In this document: piece by piece, positions 37,300 through 51,175 of the stretch
How positions within the stretch are numbered: position 1 is the first letter of the stretch
Layout of the letters: every line of letters starts with the position of its first letter
NCBI RefSeq assembly: GCF_018350175.1
Contig: NC_058368.1
Location: forward strand, 45,696,001 to 45,760,000
Direction: 5' to 3'
DNA length: 64,000 nucleotides
Source of the DNA: Felis catus
Taxonomy: Eukaryota
The notes under the pieces: generated by a model
Databases searched by the model: none
What the model was told of the DNA's origin: nothing
What the model saw: only the letters and a program-made list of their open reading frames with translations
Position numbers and translations under genes: made by a program

Positions 37300-38415
37300 A
37301 TCAACAAAGGATTTCTCTATTCTGGCTCTTCAACCCAGAGCTCTAATGCATTTCAAATCTGTGTATCTAGTTGGATTTTTGACATCTCATCTGGATGGAC
37401 AAATTATCACTCAACAGCTTTCCTCAAACTAATCCCTCTTTCTGGATTTTTATCTCACGGAATCACACCCTTATTTCCCAACTCACTTCAAGTTGCCCAA
37501 ATCAGAAACCTGAAAGATACCTTTATTTAAGTGGTCACACCCAAGTCTAATCAGTCACCTTGTCTTAGGAAGGCATCCCCTGAACATATTTTAAATCCAA
37601 TTCCATTGTCTTGATGTTTTTTGTACCTTCAAAACATTCATCAATTAGCCTATTCCTAATCAGTTTCCAGGCTGATTTGTTGCTTCTAGGAATATTCTCT
37701 TCCAATCTGCCTCATTTGATGCTTCCAGAGTCATACTTCTGCAACATTAAATTTGTTATGCATTATTTTGCTGAAAAGTTTGTCCTTTCTTAAGATTCTA
37801 AGTCAGGCCCTTTGAAGGGCACCTGGGTGGCTCAGTTGGCTAAGCGTCTGGCTTCAGCTCAGGTCATAATCTCAGGTCTTGAGAGTTTGAGCCCCTCATG
37901 GGGCTCTGTGCTGACACTTGGATCCTGGAGCCTGCTTCAGATTCTGTGTCTCCTCTCTCTGCCCCTCCCCAGCTCATGCTCTCTCAAAAATAAACATTGT
38001 TTTTATTGTTAAAGATTCGAAGCCAGTCCCTTTGAAGTCTTAGTTTTTGCCTAACTTTACCATCTCAGCCCCCTTAATGTTATCTCCAGCCATACTGAAA
38101 CGTGCAGTTTCCACATCACAGTGTAGATTTTTAAGCCTGTTTTTTTTCTGTCTAGAACATTCACCCCCCTAGTACTCGCTCTACTCCCACCCATTTAGGA
38201 TTCAAATGCCACATTTCCCTGACTCATCCCCATCCTGGCTAAGTTTCAGCCCACTCCATCTCTTTAACAATTAGATTATTCTGCACTGCCATTATGTCCT
38301 TATAAGTTGTTCCCTTTTCTCTTACTTGCCTATGTTGCTCTTAATATTTTGTGAGTCCCTTTTATTGTTCTAGGAACATACTAAATATCAAGAGTGTGTT
38401 TTTAAATGAATGAAC
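37300..38415 (+). mobile_element. L2 remnant including 3' end, interrupted by a SINE
   Basis: Pyrimidine-rich L2-like text ending aaatgaatgaa. Confidence 0.55.
37816..38010 (+). mobile_element. Can-SINE
   Basis: gggcacctgggtggctcagttggctaagcg head; degenerate TSD aagattc.aag.cag.ccctttgaag. Confidence 0.93.
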
Positions 38416-38790
38416 GATGTTTTAACTTTTCTAAAAAAAGAAACAAAACCTAAAACAATATAATATCCTTCCTACAATTGTATTTTCTCATGTTAGAGTA
38501 TTTCTTCCTTTCATTAATTTATTTTTATCAATTAAGAGTCATGACCCTGATGTCTGAATACCTAGAAGCAAACCACAGCTCTGCCACTGACTAGAGGGAG
38601 ACTCTTGTCAAGTTATGTAACTTTTCGATGCCTCAGTCTCATGTATAGACTATTAATAAGCTCATAGGTGTATGGTGTAAATGTTTTATAAATTTTTTGA
38701 GAAAAGGGTTTAGAACAATAAATATTGAATATTATTACTGCTTTCAATACCACTGTTATCAAAGAAGATCCTAAAAGTAATGTTGTCCAT

Positions 38791-38991
38791 GGGGTGTATG
38801 GTTGGCTCAGTTGGTTAAGCATCCTACTTTGGCTCAAGTCGTGATCTCAGGGTTCACAAGTTTGAGCCCTGTGTCGGGCTCTGAGCTCAGAGACTGGAGC
38901 CTGCTTCAGATTCTGTGTCAGCCTCTCTCTCTGCCCACCCTCCACTTGCACTCTCTCTCTCAAAAATAAACCAATATTAAAAAGAATTTTT
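38791..38991 (+). mobile_element. Can-SINE
   Basis: Head, (CT) tract and tail; TSD core AAAGTAATG. Confidence 0.93.
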
Positions 38992-41699
38992 AAAGTAATG
39001 CTTTCCCCAAAATCCATTTTTCACCCAAATTCAAAATATACTTGATAAATTTTGTCCATAAAACAAAAGGGGTATATGAATATGTAGAACTACTATCTAT
39101 ATTCATGTGAAAGGATTCAGAACTCTAAAAATATTTTTAAAACACATCAAGTGCTACAGAAATCCAAAGAATTTTCTGTCATAAAATAGAGTCAGTGTTC
39201 TGTGTTTCTCTCAACTTCTTTAATGACAACATACCAGCAAAGTCATCTAATGAATATTTGTTTTAAATAAATTTAATTGCAACTTATCCTGGGAATCTCT
39301 GGTACTGTTATGGGCACATTGTTATGTCTACATATGAAGTGAAGTTAACAGAAAATTAATCTAGATTCATAGTCATTTTTTTAACCTATAAGTGAAAAAT
39401 GATTTGACAATACTTCGTTCCATCAACATAAATGACCACAGGTGATGTCCATAACATTCTCCCTGTTATCTTTGGAAACAAATAGCAGAATTGCTTAGAG
39501 ATTCCTTTTGGCAATAAGCAGATGAGTTACATACTCAGTTCCTTTGAACTTTAGAAACTAAGGTGAGGCAGGGTACATACCTATACGTTATAATTTCCAG
39601 AGATACAATAGGTATTTCACAGATACACAGGATAGAAAGGCTCACTGTTCAATCCTGAGGTGAGATCAAATTTTTCCAAAATATCAATCTTGAAAATATA
39701 GTTGACCTATTTTTATAAATAAATTCTACTATAAAAAAGTAAATTTTTCTTGAATTCAAAATTAGATATCTAGGCATTCTGTTTTGTTCCACTCTTGGAA
39801 GAAAGCGGAACGGCCATGACATGGGTGAGAATATAGTACCATGAACAGACCATGCTGATGATCTTTGTATAGGACATGTTTACAACCACGGACTTGCATA
39901 CAAATGTTTGTTTCCAAATGTAATTAGAATTACTGATATATAGTGTATCATATTAAAAGCAGCAATTCCTGGATATTGTCTCTAACCTCTTAGTAAGTGG
40001 CTGTCCTCCATGGTTTGAGTTGTCACTATGTAAATATAGCCAAGATACAATTTTATCTAAGCATAAAATATAAATGACCCTGACTTTTAGCAAATGACAT
40101 CCATAGTATGAAATTTGCAGGATTAACAGAACTACCTATTAGATAAAAGATGTGGTGGTCTTTTTTACAGAGTGAGCTGTTAACTGTGTGTTAATAAGAT
40201 AATATTAACGCTAATTTTGGAGCATTTCAAAAGGAAAGAGTTAGCAATCACCTTTTCATTTTAAAAACAACACTAGTGCTACTCGGTCTTGGAATAGGAT
40301 TATTCTTTGAATGCCAAAGGAGGAGTCCTTCATAATTTAACATTTTAATCATTTCAAGGTGATTTGCTTTTACTGTGAGAAACCCTGTGTTGGCACTTTC
40401 CCCACATGTTTCCCAGGCATAATCGCATATTAGTTGCAATTTTCTCTGCAACATAAGACTTAATTATGCTAAAGAAAAATGCTCCTTTTTAAATAAAAGG
40501 TGTAAAATACCACTGGTATCCAGTTTGAGCTAATACTAAGATTGGAAACTCATTACCCCTAAAAATGTCAGTTCTGATGAAGCATTTAAAAAAATTCTAA
40601 GAATCAAATTCAAAATGTCTTTACTAAGCTGTTTTATGGTAGCGTGTACCATTGGAAATGTGATGAGTCTTCATGTAAAAATGCTGATTTGAATTAGATT
40701 TAGAATGTATGTCATCCTCAATTAGCCTTTCCTTCATCAAAATGATCTCACAAACACGGAGAATGAATCTTTATTTCCTCCTTTGCACATGGGAGGTCAT
40801 TTGTCAGATTTAATATACTTCTACCTATGTCTTCCTACATGCTTGGAGTTCAAGATGGATGACCATGGACTTCCAGAAAAAGTTTCTAGCTTAAAACTTA
40901 AATTTAATTTTAATATAATACCCAAACCATTCATACTGAGATGGAAAATTAGAATAACATTTGCTAAAACAACATTGATTTATTTCCATTTGGTGGGGGG
41001 GGGGCATTTTGTCTTCCCTGTACCCCCATGAAAGTTTATATACTAGTAATTATCTAGGTAATCTAGGGTGAGAAATGTCATGTGGTAAGCATTTTTTTCT
41101 TGAATCATTTATATAATTTTTATGACCTGGAGTTAAATTAATACCACTGTCTGTGATATTATATAAATGCAATCACTTACTCTATGGTTGTTTGTTTAAA
41201 CTCAATTAGCCTACGAAATTTTATAAATTAATGTCTAACAGTTGGACAATTATGGTGACCTTCAAATAGGTATCAATTTAGAGATTATGAAACCCATTTA
41301 AAAATGCAGTCTGGTTAGACTGGTGGTATAAGATTTATGTATTGAATGGTTTTCCAGGGATCCCCCAATACATAGTTATGACTGCTTTACCCAGTTATTA
41401 AGGTGCTATTTGCAAAGCCTAGAAATCACAAGAACAGTCCCTGAGGAGTTGGGCTATTGATGAGACCATTTGAGTTCCTGTAATTATAACTAAGAACTTT
41501 ACTTCTGCTGTAGAACATTTATACCTTGACAAACATTTAAAACTAGCTGTGTTGGTTTGCTTGAAAGGTTAATGATACCTTTTTTTTTTTTTTTTTTTTT
41601 TTTTGGCAAAGTCTCATTGAAGACTTGGAGTATTAAACTTAACACCATCTTTAAGGTGAGATGATAGAGCAAAATGATAGGAAAATATTCATTCTAGTC

Positions 41700-41907
41700 T
41701 TTAATATTTTTGAGAGAGAGACAGAGAGTGAGATACCGAGTGCCAGTGGGGGAGTAGAGAGGGGTGGAGGGAGACACAGAATCCAAAGCAGGCTCCAGGC
41801 TCTGAGCTGTCAGCACAAGGCCCCAAGCAGGGCTCAAACCCATGGACCACAAGATCATGACCCAAGCTGAGTCACACACTTAACCCATAGAGCCACCCTG
41901 GTGTCCC
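41700..41907 (-). mobile_element. Can-SINE, antisense
   Basis: TSD TCATTCTAGT; body gcaggctccaggctctgagctgtcagc. Confidence 0.93.
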
Positions 41908-43287
41908 ACTCATTCTAGTTTTTGTAATAAAGATAGTGGCTGCAAAATTTTGTCTTGTACAATAAATGCTATTGACATTATTAAAGTAGATAGAAAATAA
42001 TGCTGCATACTGCATGTTCATGAAACATTTAGCTCTATAACAGCAATAAAAAATTCTAACAAATTTTAGCATGTTACAACAGAATGCTTTGAAAAGTTCA
42101 ATGGAGAATTCAAAGGAAATTAATAGAAGACTACTACAGAGTTCCAAAAGGGTGAATGGAGTGGTATGTATGTAAATTTTTACAATTCTTAACGACAGAT
42201 GCATTATAAATAGAGAAGAAAAGACAAGTACCTAAAGGAATTTTGATATGGATTAGGATTACAAAGTTGATAGTAATTGCCTTTTAAAATTTCAGATGAA
42301 ATAGTTACGAAAGAACCCTAAAGCTCCCGCTGTAACAAGCAATCCATTAAAATGAAGTTTCTACTTCCAGTTAATGAACAAATGAACACAGTGCAATAGA
42401 TTCTATTTTGGTAGTTGTAATATTAACACTTTGACCCAATTTCCAGAGAGTGTAATTGTAATAATTCCATCACTTAAATATTAAGCTAGTTTATAACTTT
42501 TCATGTTTACCATTTCCCAATTTTCTACTCTAATCAATTTAGATAGTCACATGCATCAGCTGTATATATAAAAGTGTGTTTGGGCAACATCTGCAGTAGG
42601 ATTTGAACATCACATTTTGGCAAACAAAAAATATTGCCCTATGGTGAATGTTGCAATAGAAATTTAAGTGTAAAAAAAAAAAAGTTTTTTTAAAGAAATA
42701 GAAAGGTAAAATTTGAAGATACATGGTCTTGGTATTGTTTCTTTCATGTGAGGGGGAAAAAAATGTAGATGAGTGCAATACATACAAGACAAAATGACCC
42801 TGTATTTATCTGCTATTAATTTATACAGAAACATTTCTTTTGAATTCTATATAAAAAGGAAGACTTCCTATATAAAGAGTAAATATGCCGTTAGATTAAA
42901 AAAAATTCTGACTATGGTTCAATATTGCACCCATTTACAGGGTAACTTCAGTAGTGGGAAGGGATACTGTGAAAATTAAGCCTTATATAGAGAATGGATG
43001 GACAGAGGAAACAGATGGCCTTTGTGGAAGTTACTATTAAGCCAAGAAGGAAAGCAATCAAGGGCAAAGATGTGAAAATCACTGAATGGCATACTAGGTG
43101 AGGGGAACTGAGATAGGAGATATAAAAGTTCCCAGAGAAAGGATCTGGGGATGAGAGAGAGAGAGAGAGACAGAGAGACAGACAGACAGACAGGGACAGG
43201 AAGGTCAGCATGGCCAGAAGAGATCATGAGAAAAGAGGATGTAAGAAGCTTGCAGAAATCAAATAGCATGGAAGATAATAACCATTC

Positions 43288-43496
43288 TTTTTTTTTTAAT
43301 GTTTATTTTTGAGAGAGAGAGAGAGAGAAAGTGAGCAGGGGAGGGACAGAGAGAGAGGGAGACGCAGAGTCTGAAACAGGATCCAGGCTCTGAGTTGTCA
43401 GCAGAGAGCCCAATGCAGGGCTCGAACTCACAAACTGCAAAATCATGACCTGAGCCAAAGTTGGACACTTAACAGACTGAGCCATCCAGGTGCCCC
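43288..43496 (-). mobile_element. Can-SINE, antisense
   Basis: Poly-T, (GA)n, head ...actgagccatccaggtgcccc; degenerate TSD. Confidence 0.94.
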
Positions 43497-44924
43497 ATGA
43501 TAATGACAATTCTTCTGACTTGCACTGAATATTTAACATGTGCCAGCCATGCATGGTTTTAGTATTTAACATGGGCCTTGGATTCCATTGGGCCTTATCC
43601 ACAAGGAAACACTTTAGTTTTTATTCAAATTGAAATGGGAAAAAGAGAGGTCTTCAAGGAATACCCCTTACAGTTCTCTCTGGTAAAATTTGCTGTAAGC
43701 AGAGCAAACAGTAGGTAAACATGGTTCAAGGGAGTTATTCTTTTTTTAAAAAAGATGATTTGTTTCAAACCATCTTTGTATGAAGATGGGGAAACAAAAC
43801 TAATGAAGGAAAGTCATGCCTCCGTTTCTTCATTGTCAAAAGGAGGAAAATAAAATCCTAGTTTCTTGTGAGAACTGAACAAAATTTGTGTGTTTGTGTT
43901 TAGTACCTGGCTTATAGTGAGGATTCAAGTGGTGGCTACTAACATGGCAATGAAGGAAGAGGAAAAAAGAGATTGCCATCACAAATCCTTGAGCAAGGCA
44001 TTTAAGGCTTCCACCTCTCTTTAGTAAAACTTAGTGCTTAGGTGTAATTGACTTAAGTTGTGCAAAGTGGCTGCAAAGATATTTAAAAGAATCTACTGTG
44101 TTAGGGTTCCAGAAACACTAAGCATGGACCATCAACGAAAAGAAAGGACCATTAAAAGGACAAATCGTCAAAATTAGTCAAATGATCTCAAAGTTCTTTC
44201 CAGATTATTTTTCTCAAGGTGTTTGCTTTACATTTGCATCTCACTTTCTGTTATATACCTATGGCATCAAGCACAAGCATCTGTTCTATAGCTTTAATAA
44301 AATGCGTTTTTTAGATAGAACAAAATATCTCCATTGATGGTCTCAGGAATCAAATTCAGTACCATAAAAAAGAACAAAATAGGGAAAAGGCAATTGATAA
44401 TACATAGTGATATAATCTCTAAACTAAATTGCCAAGACTAAATTGCAAAATGTTTGGTGTTGCTCTAAACATCTAAGATTCCAGACCAAAACATACTCAC
44501 AAATGGTGAAATGAATGTCATCAGAACTTATCCCTACTAAAAGACCTTCTGCCTTAAAAAAGAATCACAGAAAGACACAAATTATTTCTGATTAAGGAAA
44601 AGAAATAAATTCACTTAAAGAATAACAAGTACAACTTTTTTTCAAGTAGTCATGCTGTGCTCAAATCTGATTTGTGATTTGGCAATATATGACAAGAGAT
44701 GAGGTTTTGTTTTTTTGTTGTTTTACGTGAAAATCCGTAGAGGTTCGAGCCACTGAAAATTTAGCTCTCAGTATTAGAAAATTTGAATGTGAAACACTTA
44801 TCGATAACTTGTTGAAGATATCCATTGTAGTCAATATACAAACATACAGGAGTTTCAGGAAGTGACAATTAGAACTAACAAGTGAGACAATACTACCAAT
44901 AGCTCGTTAAATTAGGTTTGATGA

Positions 44925-45139
44925 GGGGCACCTGGGTGGCTCAGTCGGTTGAGCAACCGACTTAAGCTCAGGTTATGATCTCACAGCTTTTGAGTTCTAG
45001 CCCCGCATCAGGCTCTGTGCTGACAGCTCAGAGCCTGGAACCTGCTTTGGACTCTGTGCCTCCCTCTCTCTCTGCCCCAACCCACTCACATTCTGTCTCT
45101 CTCAACAATAAATAAGCGTTTAAAAAAAAAAAAAAAAAG
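44925..45139 (+). mobile_element. Can-SINE
   Basis: TSD ATTAGGTTTGATGA at 44911-44924 and 45140-45153. Confidence 0.96.
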
Positions 45140-45721
45140 ATTAGGTTTGATGAAATCATAAAAGCAACTTAATAGCATCCTCAGGTCTACCAGCCAGCTT
45201 TTTGGTCATTGCTACTTCACTAACATGTCCTTGTTTTCTTGTCTTCTACCATAGTTAGGTTTCTCCAAGCATAGAGTACTGATGCCAGATTTGAAGACAG
45301 TAATAAAGCTGAGGCCATCTTCCCACAGCTATTCCACAGCATGAGATCATGGAAAAGTGGGTGAGGAGTAGCCATACCCTGTGCTCCACTTATGTGTAAC
45401 AGACTCATGGTGTCAAGGGCAGTTGTTACAAAATGGAATCAGTGACAGTTGCAACTTCAGTGCTGGTGGCCTGGCTCCTTCACTGAAGGGTATGCTCAAA
45501 TGCATTTTTTCTCTTGCCATTTGAAAATTTTGTAAGCAAGCAAACACTCCATGTTAAATTCCATTCCACCCAAAATATCTAGAGTTGTTTCACTGCTGTT
45601 TCAATTAATGCACTCCACATTGACTGATATGTTGTCCTTTTTAAAAATTATCTTGTTTTGCCCTACACTAATGCTATGATAATGATGAAGAAAATGAGAC
45701 TCAATTTTAAAAATGGTCAGT

Positions 45722-46385
45722 GTGTGGTACAGCTGCTCTGGAAAACAGTATGGAGGCTCCTCAAAAAATTAAAAACAGAACTACCCTACAACCCAGCAAT
45801 AGCACTACTAGGAATTTATCCAAGGATACACGAGTGCTGATTCATAGGGGCACATGTATCCCAATGTTTCTAGCAGTGCTTTCAGCAATAGCCAAATTAT
45901 GGAAAGAGCTCAAATGTCCATCTACTGATGAATGGATAAAGAAGATGTGGTTTATATATACAATGGGATACTACCTGGCAATGAGAAAGAATGAAATCCT
46001 GCCATTTGCAGCAACATGGATGGAACTGGAGGGTATTATGCTAAGTGAAATAAGTCAGTCAGAGAAAGACAGGTATATGTTTTCACTCATATGTGGAACT
46101 TGAGAAACTGAACAGAAGACCATGGAGGAAGGGAAGGGGAAAAAATAGAGAGGGAGGTAAGCAAACTATAAGAGACTCTTAAATACAGAGAACAAACTGA
46201 GGGTTAATGGGAGGAGAGGGGAAAATGGGTGATGGACATTGAGGAGGGCACTTGTTAGGATGAGCACTGGGTATTGTACACAAGCAATGAATCACGGAAA
46301 CCTACCCCCAAAACCAACTGCACACTGTATACACTGTTTGTTAGCCAAATTGACAATAAATTACATTTAAAAAATAGAAAAATAA
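45722..46385 (+). mobile_element. Felid/carnivore L1, 5'-truncated (ORF2 C-terminal region and 3'UTR)
   Basis: ORFs 45658-45840 (WKTVWRLLKKLKTELPYNPAIALLGIYP) and 45720-46103 (LKCPSTDEWIKKMWFIYTM...ATWMELEGIMLSEISQSEKD) are frameshifted pieces of the L1 ORF2p C-terminus. Confidence 0.95.
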
Positions 46386-46439
46386 AACTTCTGCAAGTAA
46401 AAAAATATATATAGCCAGTTTGTATTCAACAGCATTTGT

Positions 46440-46655
46440 TAGATACCAAGAATGTAGAAAGAGCTCTACTAAGTGATTTGTATTTATTATCCTTAATACA
46501 CATGATAATCCTCCTTGGTTATTACTGCCATCATTTTATTAATATGAAAACTGAGACTAAGAATGGTTAAGTCATTTTTCCCAAAGTAACACAGCTAGTA
46601 AGTGACATACCTGAAATTCATCCCCAGGTCTGTCTGATTCCTAAGGCCACAATTT
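46440..46655 (-). mobile_element. MIR remnant
   Basis: gaaaactgagactaagaatggttaagtcatttttcccaaagtaacacagctagtaagtg...ccaggtctgtctgattcc (MIR core). Confidence 0.8.
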
Positions 46656-46678
46656 AACCAATAGGGTATACAAATTTT

Positions 46679-46879
46679 ACTTTATTATTTTTTTAATATT
46701 TATTTATTTTGAGAGAGACATTGATAATGAGCAGGGAAGGCACAGATAGAGAGGAGAGAAAGAATCTGAAGCAGGCTCCACACTGTCATCAAAGAACCCA
46801 ACATGGAACATGATCTCATGACTCGGGAGATGATGACCAGGAGTTAGACAGTTAACCAAGCGAGACACCCAGGTGCCCC
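46679..46879 (-). mobile_element. Can-SINE (older), antisense
   Basis: TSD AATAGG(G/A)TATACA(A/G)ATTTT. Confidence 0.92.
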
Positions 46880-48301
46880 TAATAGGATATACAGATTTTT
46901 AGGGGAGGCCCAATTATGGAGGTGAGGAAGATGGGGAAGTTGGGAGCAAGGGCAGAATTAACATAATATGGTGAACAGGCCTGAATGACTTAGAACGACC
47001 TGCTCCAATTCTAGGGCCAATACTTTATATCTTTGCCTTTTAGGTAAGTTAAGTAACTAATTCAGTTTCTACTTCTAAGAGAAAGTGAGCAATTATTTCT
47101 CTAGGGTTATTCAAGAATTAAAATAGCATACATATGTTTTCCAGATCAGAAAAGGTACACATAGTGATTCCTTTGCCCTCTCCCTACAGCTCGAGAGCAC
47201 ATATGAGCAAGCCGCTGGGTCATATTTGACAGCATAATATAGTATATTATTGGCAAAAAGAAGTACACATTGTGAACCATATCTGTTTTAACTAAACTTC
47301 TATTGGTGTGTTTATCTTTTCACGATCACCTCAATACCTGTTAGCATAACAAATTAACGTTCCAAATTGGTATAGCCCATTCATAACATTAGATGCCTTA
47401 TAAATTAACACCAATGATCTTTAGCTTCAATAATGAATAATCATAGACCCTGAAACTAATAGAATAAAATCAAATACTGTTTTGACTCTAATTGCTAATG
47501 AAAATTTAAAGATTATATTTGAAAGGACATATTTTACCTACAAGAAAGGAAAAAAAGGAACTTGCATTATCAGATCCATAGGAATAGTTGTTTATTTTTC
47601 CCCCTGGGGTTAATCAATGACAGGTTTCCTTTGTCTTGTTCCCCACCAAAACACAAATACCGTTCTGTAAATTAGCTTTAGTTTTCTGTGTCTATATCTG
47701 CCTAACAAGCATTGTACAAAGCCTATTCAGTTTTAGGTTATGTAGGATTCTTCAGTGGAAAACAGCAAGTATTCTGGCTTTAGAATCAGATAAACTTGGG
47801 TATTTCTACCTTCAACACAGACTTGTTTACTGACATTATGAAAGTTATTTAAACTCTAGGATTCTCAGATTCTTCTCTGTAAGTGGAGGTGATAACCTCT
47901 GCCTCCAACTATGCTGTGGATTAAATGAGCATCCCCCCACCCCCGACACACACCCCATGTATCACTATCTTAATTTTTAAAGCTTAACAACATTAAGAAG
48001 ATTCAAATTTTTGCAACAGTCTAAAAAATTTCCTTTCTTTTGCAATTTTATCCTCTGCTGATTCTTTAGAGCAGGGTATATTCAACTTTATAAAGGAAGA
48101 AGATACTTTTAATTTTTAGGCTTCCACAAGTGGGGGATAATGGAATAGTTACGGGAAAGTTCAGTGATGTTTCTTATTCTCCTTACCATGCTTAAAAGGG
48201 TGCTAGTATTTGGTTAGGTGAAATCACAGTGGCTTCTGTTCAGACAGTAAAACTAAATAAAACTCTTTGATTATGTAATTGGGAACTCTACTCTGGTAGG
48301 G

Positions 48302-48305
<4 letters not shown>

Positions 48306-48347
<42 letters not shown>

Positions 48348-48360
48348 TGTGTGTGTGTGT
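48306..48360 (+). repeat. (TG)n microsatellite with one interruption
   Basis: Read directly. Confidence 0.97.
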
Positions 48361-49335
48361 TTTGCTTTTGTTTTATTAGTGGTAAAGAGAATTGTAATTC
48401 CAAACAAAGACAAAAGACTAGTTGTTCACAATCTAACCTATTATAATACAAAATCTAATACATTTTAGTTTCTCCCAATCATATTGCTAAGCGTGTACTT
48501 TCCCTTGCCAACTTATAGCTTATTGCATGGCAGTGATATCCTTCATTCAATTCATGTTTGATACATTGCCTCTAATATTTTTTGTGGCCCACCTAAATGC
48601 AACACACAACTTAAGAGTTTTATTTTGCACATGACAAAATACAAGGACATTTAAAGATATTCAATCATTTTCTCTTTCCCCCTTATATTGTCAATTTCTC
48701 CTTATATTTGTTAATGATATAGTTTAAATCTTGACTCTCCAATGCTATGGTACCAAAGATACTGATTAGCCAGATGGCTAAGGCTTTGCCACCTAGGCCC
48801 CCAGAAATGTCAATCATAGTGAGAGTTAAGTCTTCAGCTGCTTATTTATTTTGCAAGTCCTTTAAAGAACAAATCTCTCATCATCACTGAAATGGAGACA
48901 GAAGGCAACAGAAGGAGTAGAAATAAAGGAAAAAACAAAGAATGAAGAAAAAAAGAACAGATATGAACAGCTACTTCCTGTTCTCTAGAGGAGGAAGAAC
49001 ACAGCTTCCAGTTATACATTCATGAGTCGCCTGAATGGTGAGCGTGGGGGCACGGGCAGACATCCTCATTCCACTCATGCCTTTCTCATCATTTTAGATC
49101 TACCTACCCAGAGACAGGCTGCATTCTCCTTTGTACTCTGTCCCTGCGTAGAGAGGCCTAGTTCAAGACTTCCTCTCTCTGGCCTGAAACAATGGACATT
49201 AAAAAAAAAAAAAAAAAGCTGCTTCCTTGGATAGCTGATTCTCAACTAGTATCTTACTTACATGTGGGAATGTCCTGAGTAACTGTAACAACCTCAAATG
49301 TCCCTTCTCCACACTTCAAAAGGTTCTTCAGGTGA

Positions 49336-49788
49336 TGTGATATGTATGTATGCATACACACACACACACACTGGAACATTATTTGGAAATTAAAAATGAA
49401 ATCTTGTCATTTGCAACAAGGTGGATGGAACTAGAGTGTATTATGCTAAGCAAAATTAGAGAAAGACAAATCTCCTATAACTTCAGTCATATGTGGAATT
49501 TAAGATACAAAACAGATGAACATAAGGGAAGGAAAGCAAAAATAATATAAAAACAGAGGGAAACAAACCATAAGAGACTCTTAAATACACAGAACTGAGG
49601 GTTGCTGGAGAGATTTTGGGCGGGGGGGGGGGGGGGTGGGATGGGCTAAATGGGCAAGGGGCAGTGAGGAGGACACTTGTTGGGATGAGCACCGGGTGTT
49701 ATATGTAAGTGATAAATCACTGAATTCTATTCCTGAAATCACTATTACACTATATGTTAACTAACTTGGATATATATATTTTAAAAAA
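49336..49788 (+). mobile_element. Carnivore L1 3' end, 5'-truncated
   Basis: KNEILSFATRWMELECIMLS (ORF2p C-terminus); poly-G 3'UTR; flanking repeat TCTTCAGGTGA at 49325-49335 and 49799-49809. Confidence 0.93.
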
Positions 49789-50930
49789 GGGGGGAGCCTC
49801 TTCAGGTGAAAGCTCCATTACCATACTTCCATTCTTTGTAAGATGAAAATTATGTTATATTAAAATGTAGAAAGTAGTGCCATATTTGCTGAGAAATTAT
49901 TATTTAGGAGCAGCAGAAATCAACTTTTTATTCCATATAAAAACATATATGCAACTTGAATTTATTAATAATGCTAATAATTTTATTCCCAGCAATCTAC
50001 TTCCTCTGTTGATCTGTCAGGTGTCTCTAAACTTGAAAGGGAAAGTTCAACAAAACATTTCTACAGCAGGGTTATTTTCTGTATGATTAATATATTTCCA
50101 TTAAAATATAGCTGATATAAAAAGCATCAGCTTGAAATGAAGAACTATTTTCTAATCCTATCTTCTAAAGTAACAGTGATCATAAGTAAGTCACCTAGTC
50201 TCTATAGACCTCACTTTATTCATCTATACATTGAGTTTACTAGACTGCACTTTTATGTAATATACCTAAAAAACATTTTTGCTATATACCTACACATTTG
50301 ATACACTTAAAATAAGTAAATATAGACTCTCACTATATAATAAAGCATTCCACATAAAAGAATTCAACAATACATAAATGCTGCAAAGACCAGTGTTTTC
50401 TATGATGGAGACAGCATGTATGTGATACATCCTATGTATTATTTTAATAGAATGTATTTAGCTAGTTCCTTTAACACACATCTTGCTTATTGAAATCCAG
50501 ATAATATCAATACAGAGAAAATAAATCCAAAGCTTCTAAGCTTTGTAAATAAGAGAAAATTAAAGTGATGGAACTTTTCTCTGACTGGATGGAGCTGGAA
50601 AATTCTTTGAATTCATGCATTACTACTGTCCACCGTGCACCCTACTCTGTGATAGTGACATATAAGTTGTAATTAAGAAACAATTTTTAAGAGAAAAATG
50701 TAAATGCAGAATGCATTTTGTTTAGTCAATCTAAATGAAGGGGTAGCTGATTATCATGCCCCAAGTAGGCAACTAGGCATACCACTTCTGATTATCAACA
50801 AGTGGAACGTCTAGAATGGTCTCAGAAAAAAAAAAATCTTTGAATCGAGGGAACGTGGTAAATATTTACTATCCATAAGATAACTTTTTTTCCCAAATAA
50901 GCTTTCCATTTTACTTTCAAAAAAACTAAG

Positions 50931-51175
50931 GGGGCGCCTGGGTGGCGCAGTCGGTTAAGCGTCCGACTTCAGCCAGGTCACGATCTCGAGGTCTGTGAAT
51001 TCGAGCCCCGCGTCGGGCTCTGGGCTGATGGCTCAGAGCCTGGAGCCTGTTTCCGATTCTGTGTCTCCCTCTCTCTCTGCCCCTCCCCCGTTCATGCTCT
51101 GTCTCTCTCTGTCCCAAAAATAAATAAACGTTGAAAAAAAAAAATTTAAAAAAAAAAAAACAAAACAAAACAAAA
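50931..51175 (+). mobile_element. Young SINEC_Fc with long A/(CAAAA) tail
   Basis: Near-consensus, CpG-rich; TSD AAAAAAACTAAG at 50919-50930 and 51176-51187. Confidence 0.98.

Noticed and set aside
45658..46103. 127-aa ORF as a host gene
   Set aside because: It is the frameshifted C-terminus of L1 ORF2p in a 5'-truncated copy
46385..46420. Possible short L1 3' transduction (cttctgcaagt between A-rich runs)
   Set aside because: No reliable TSD defines the true end of the insertion
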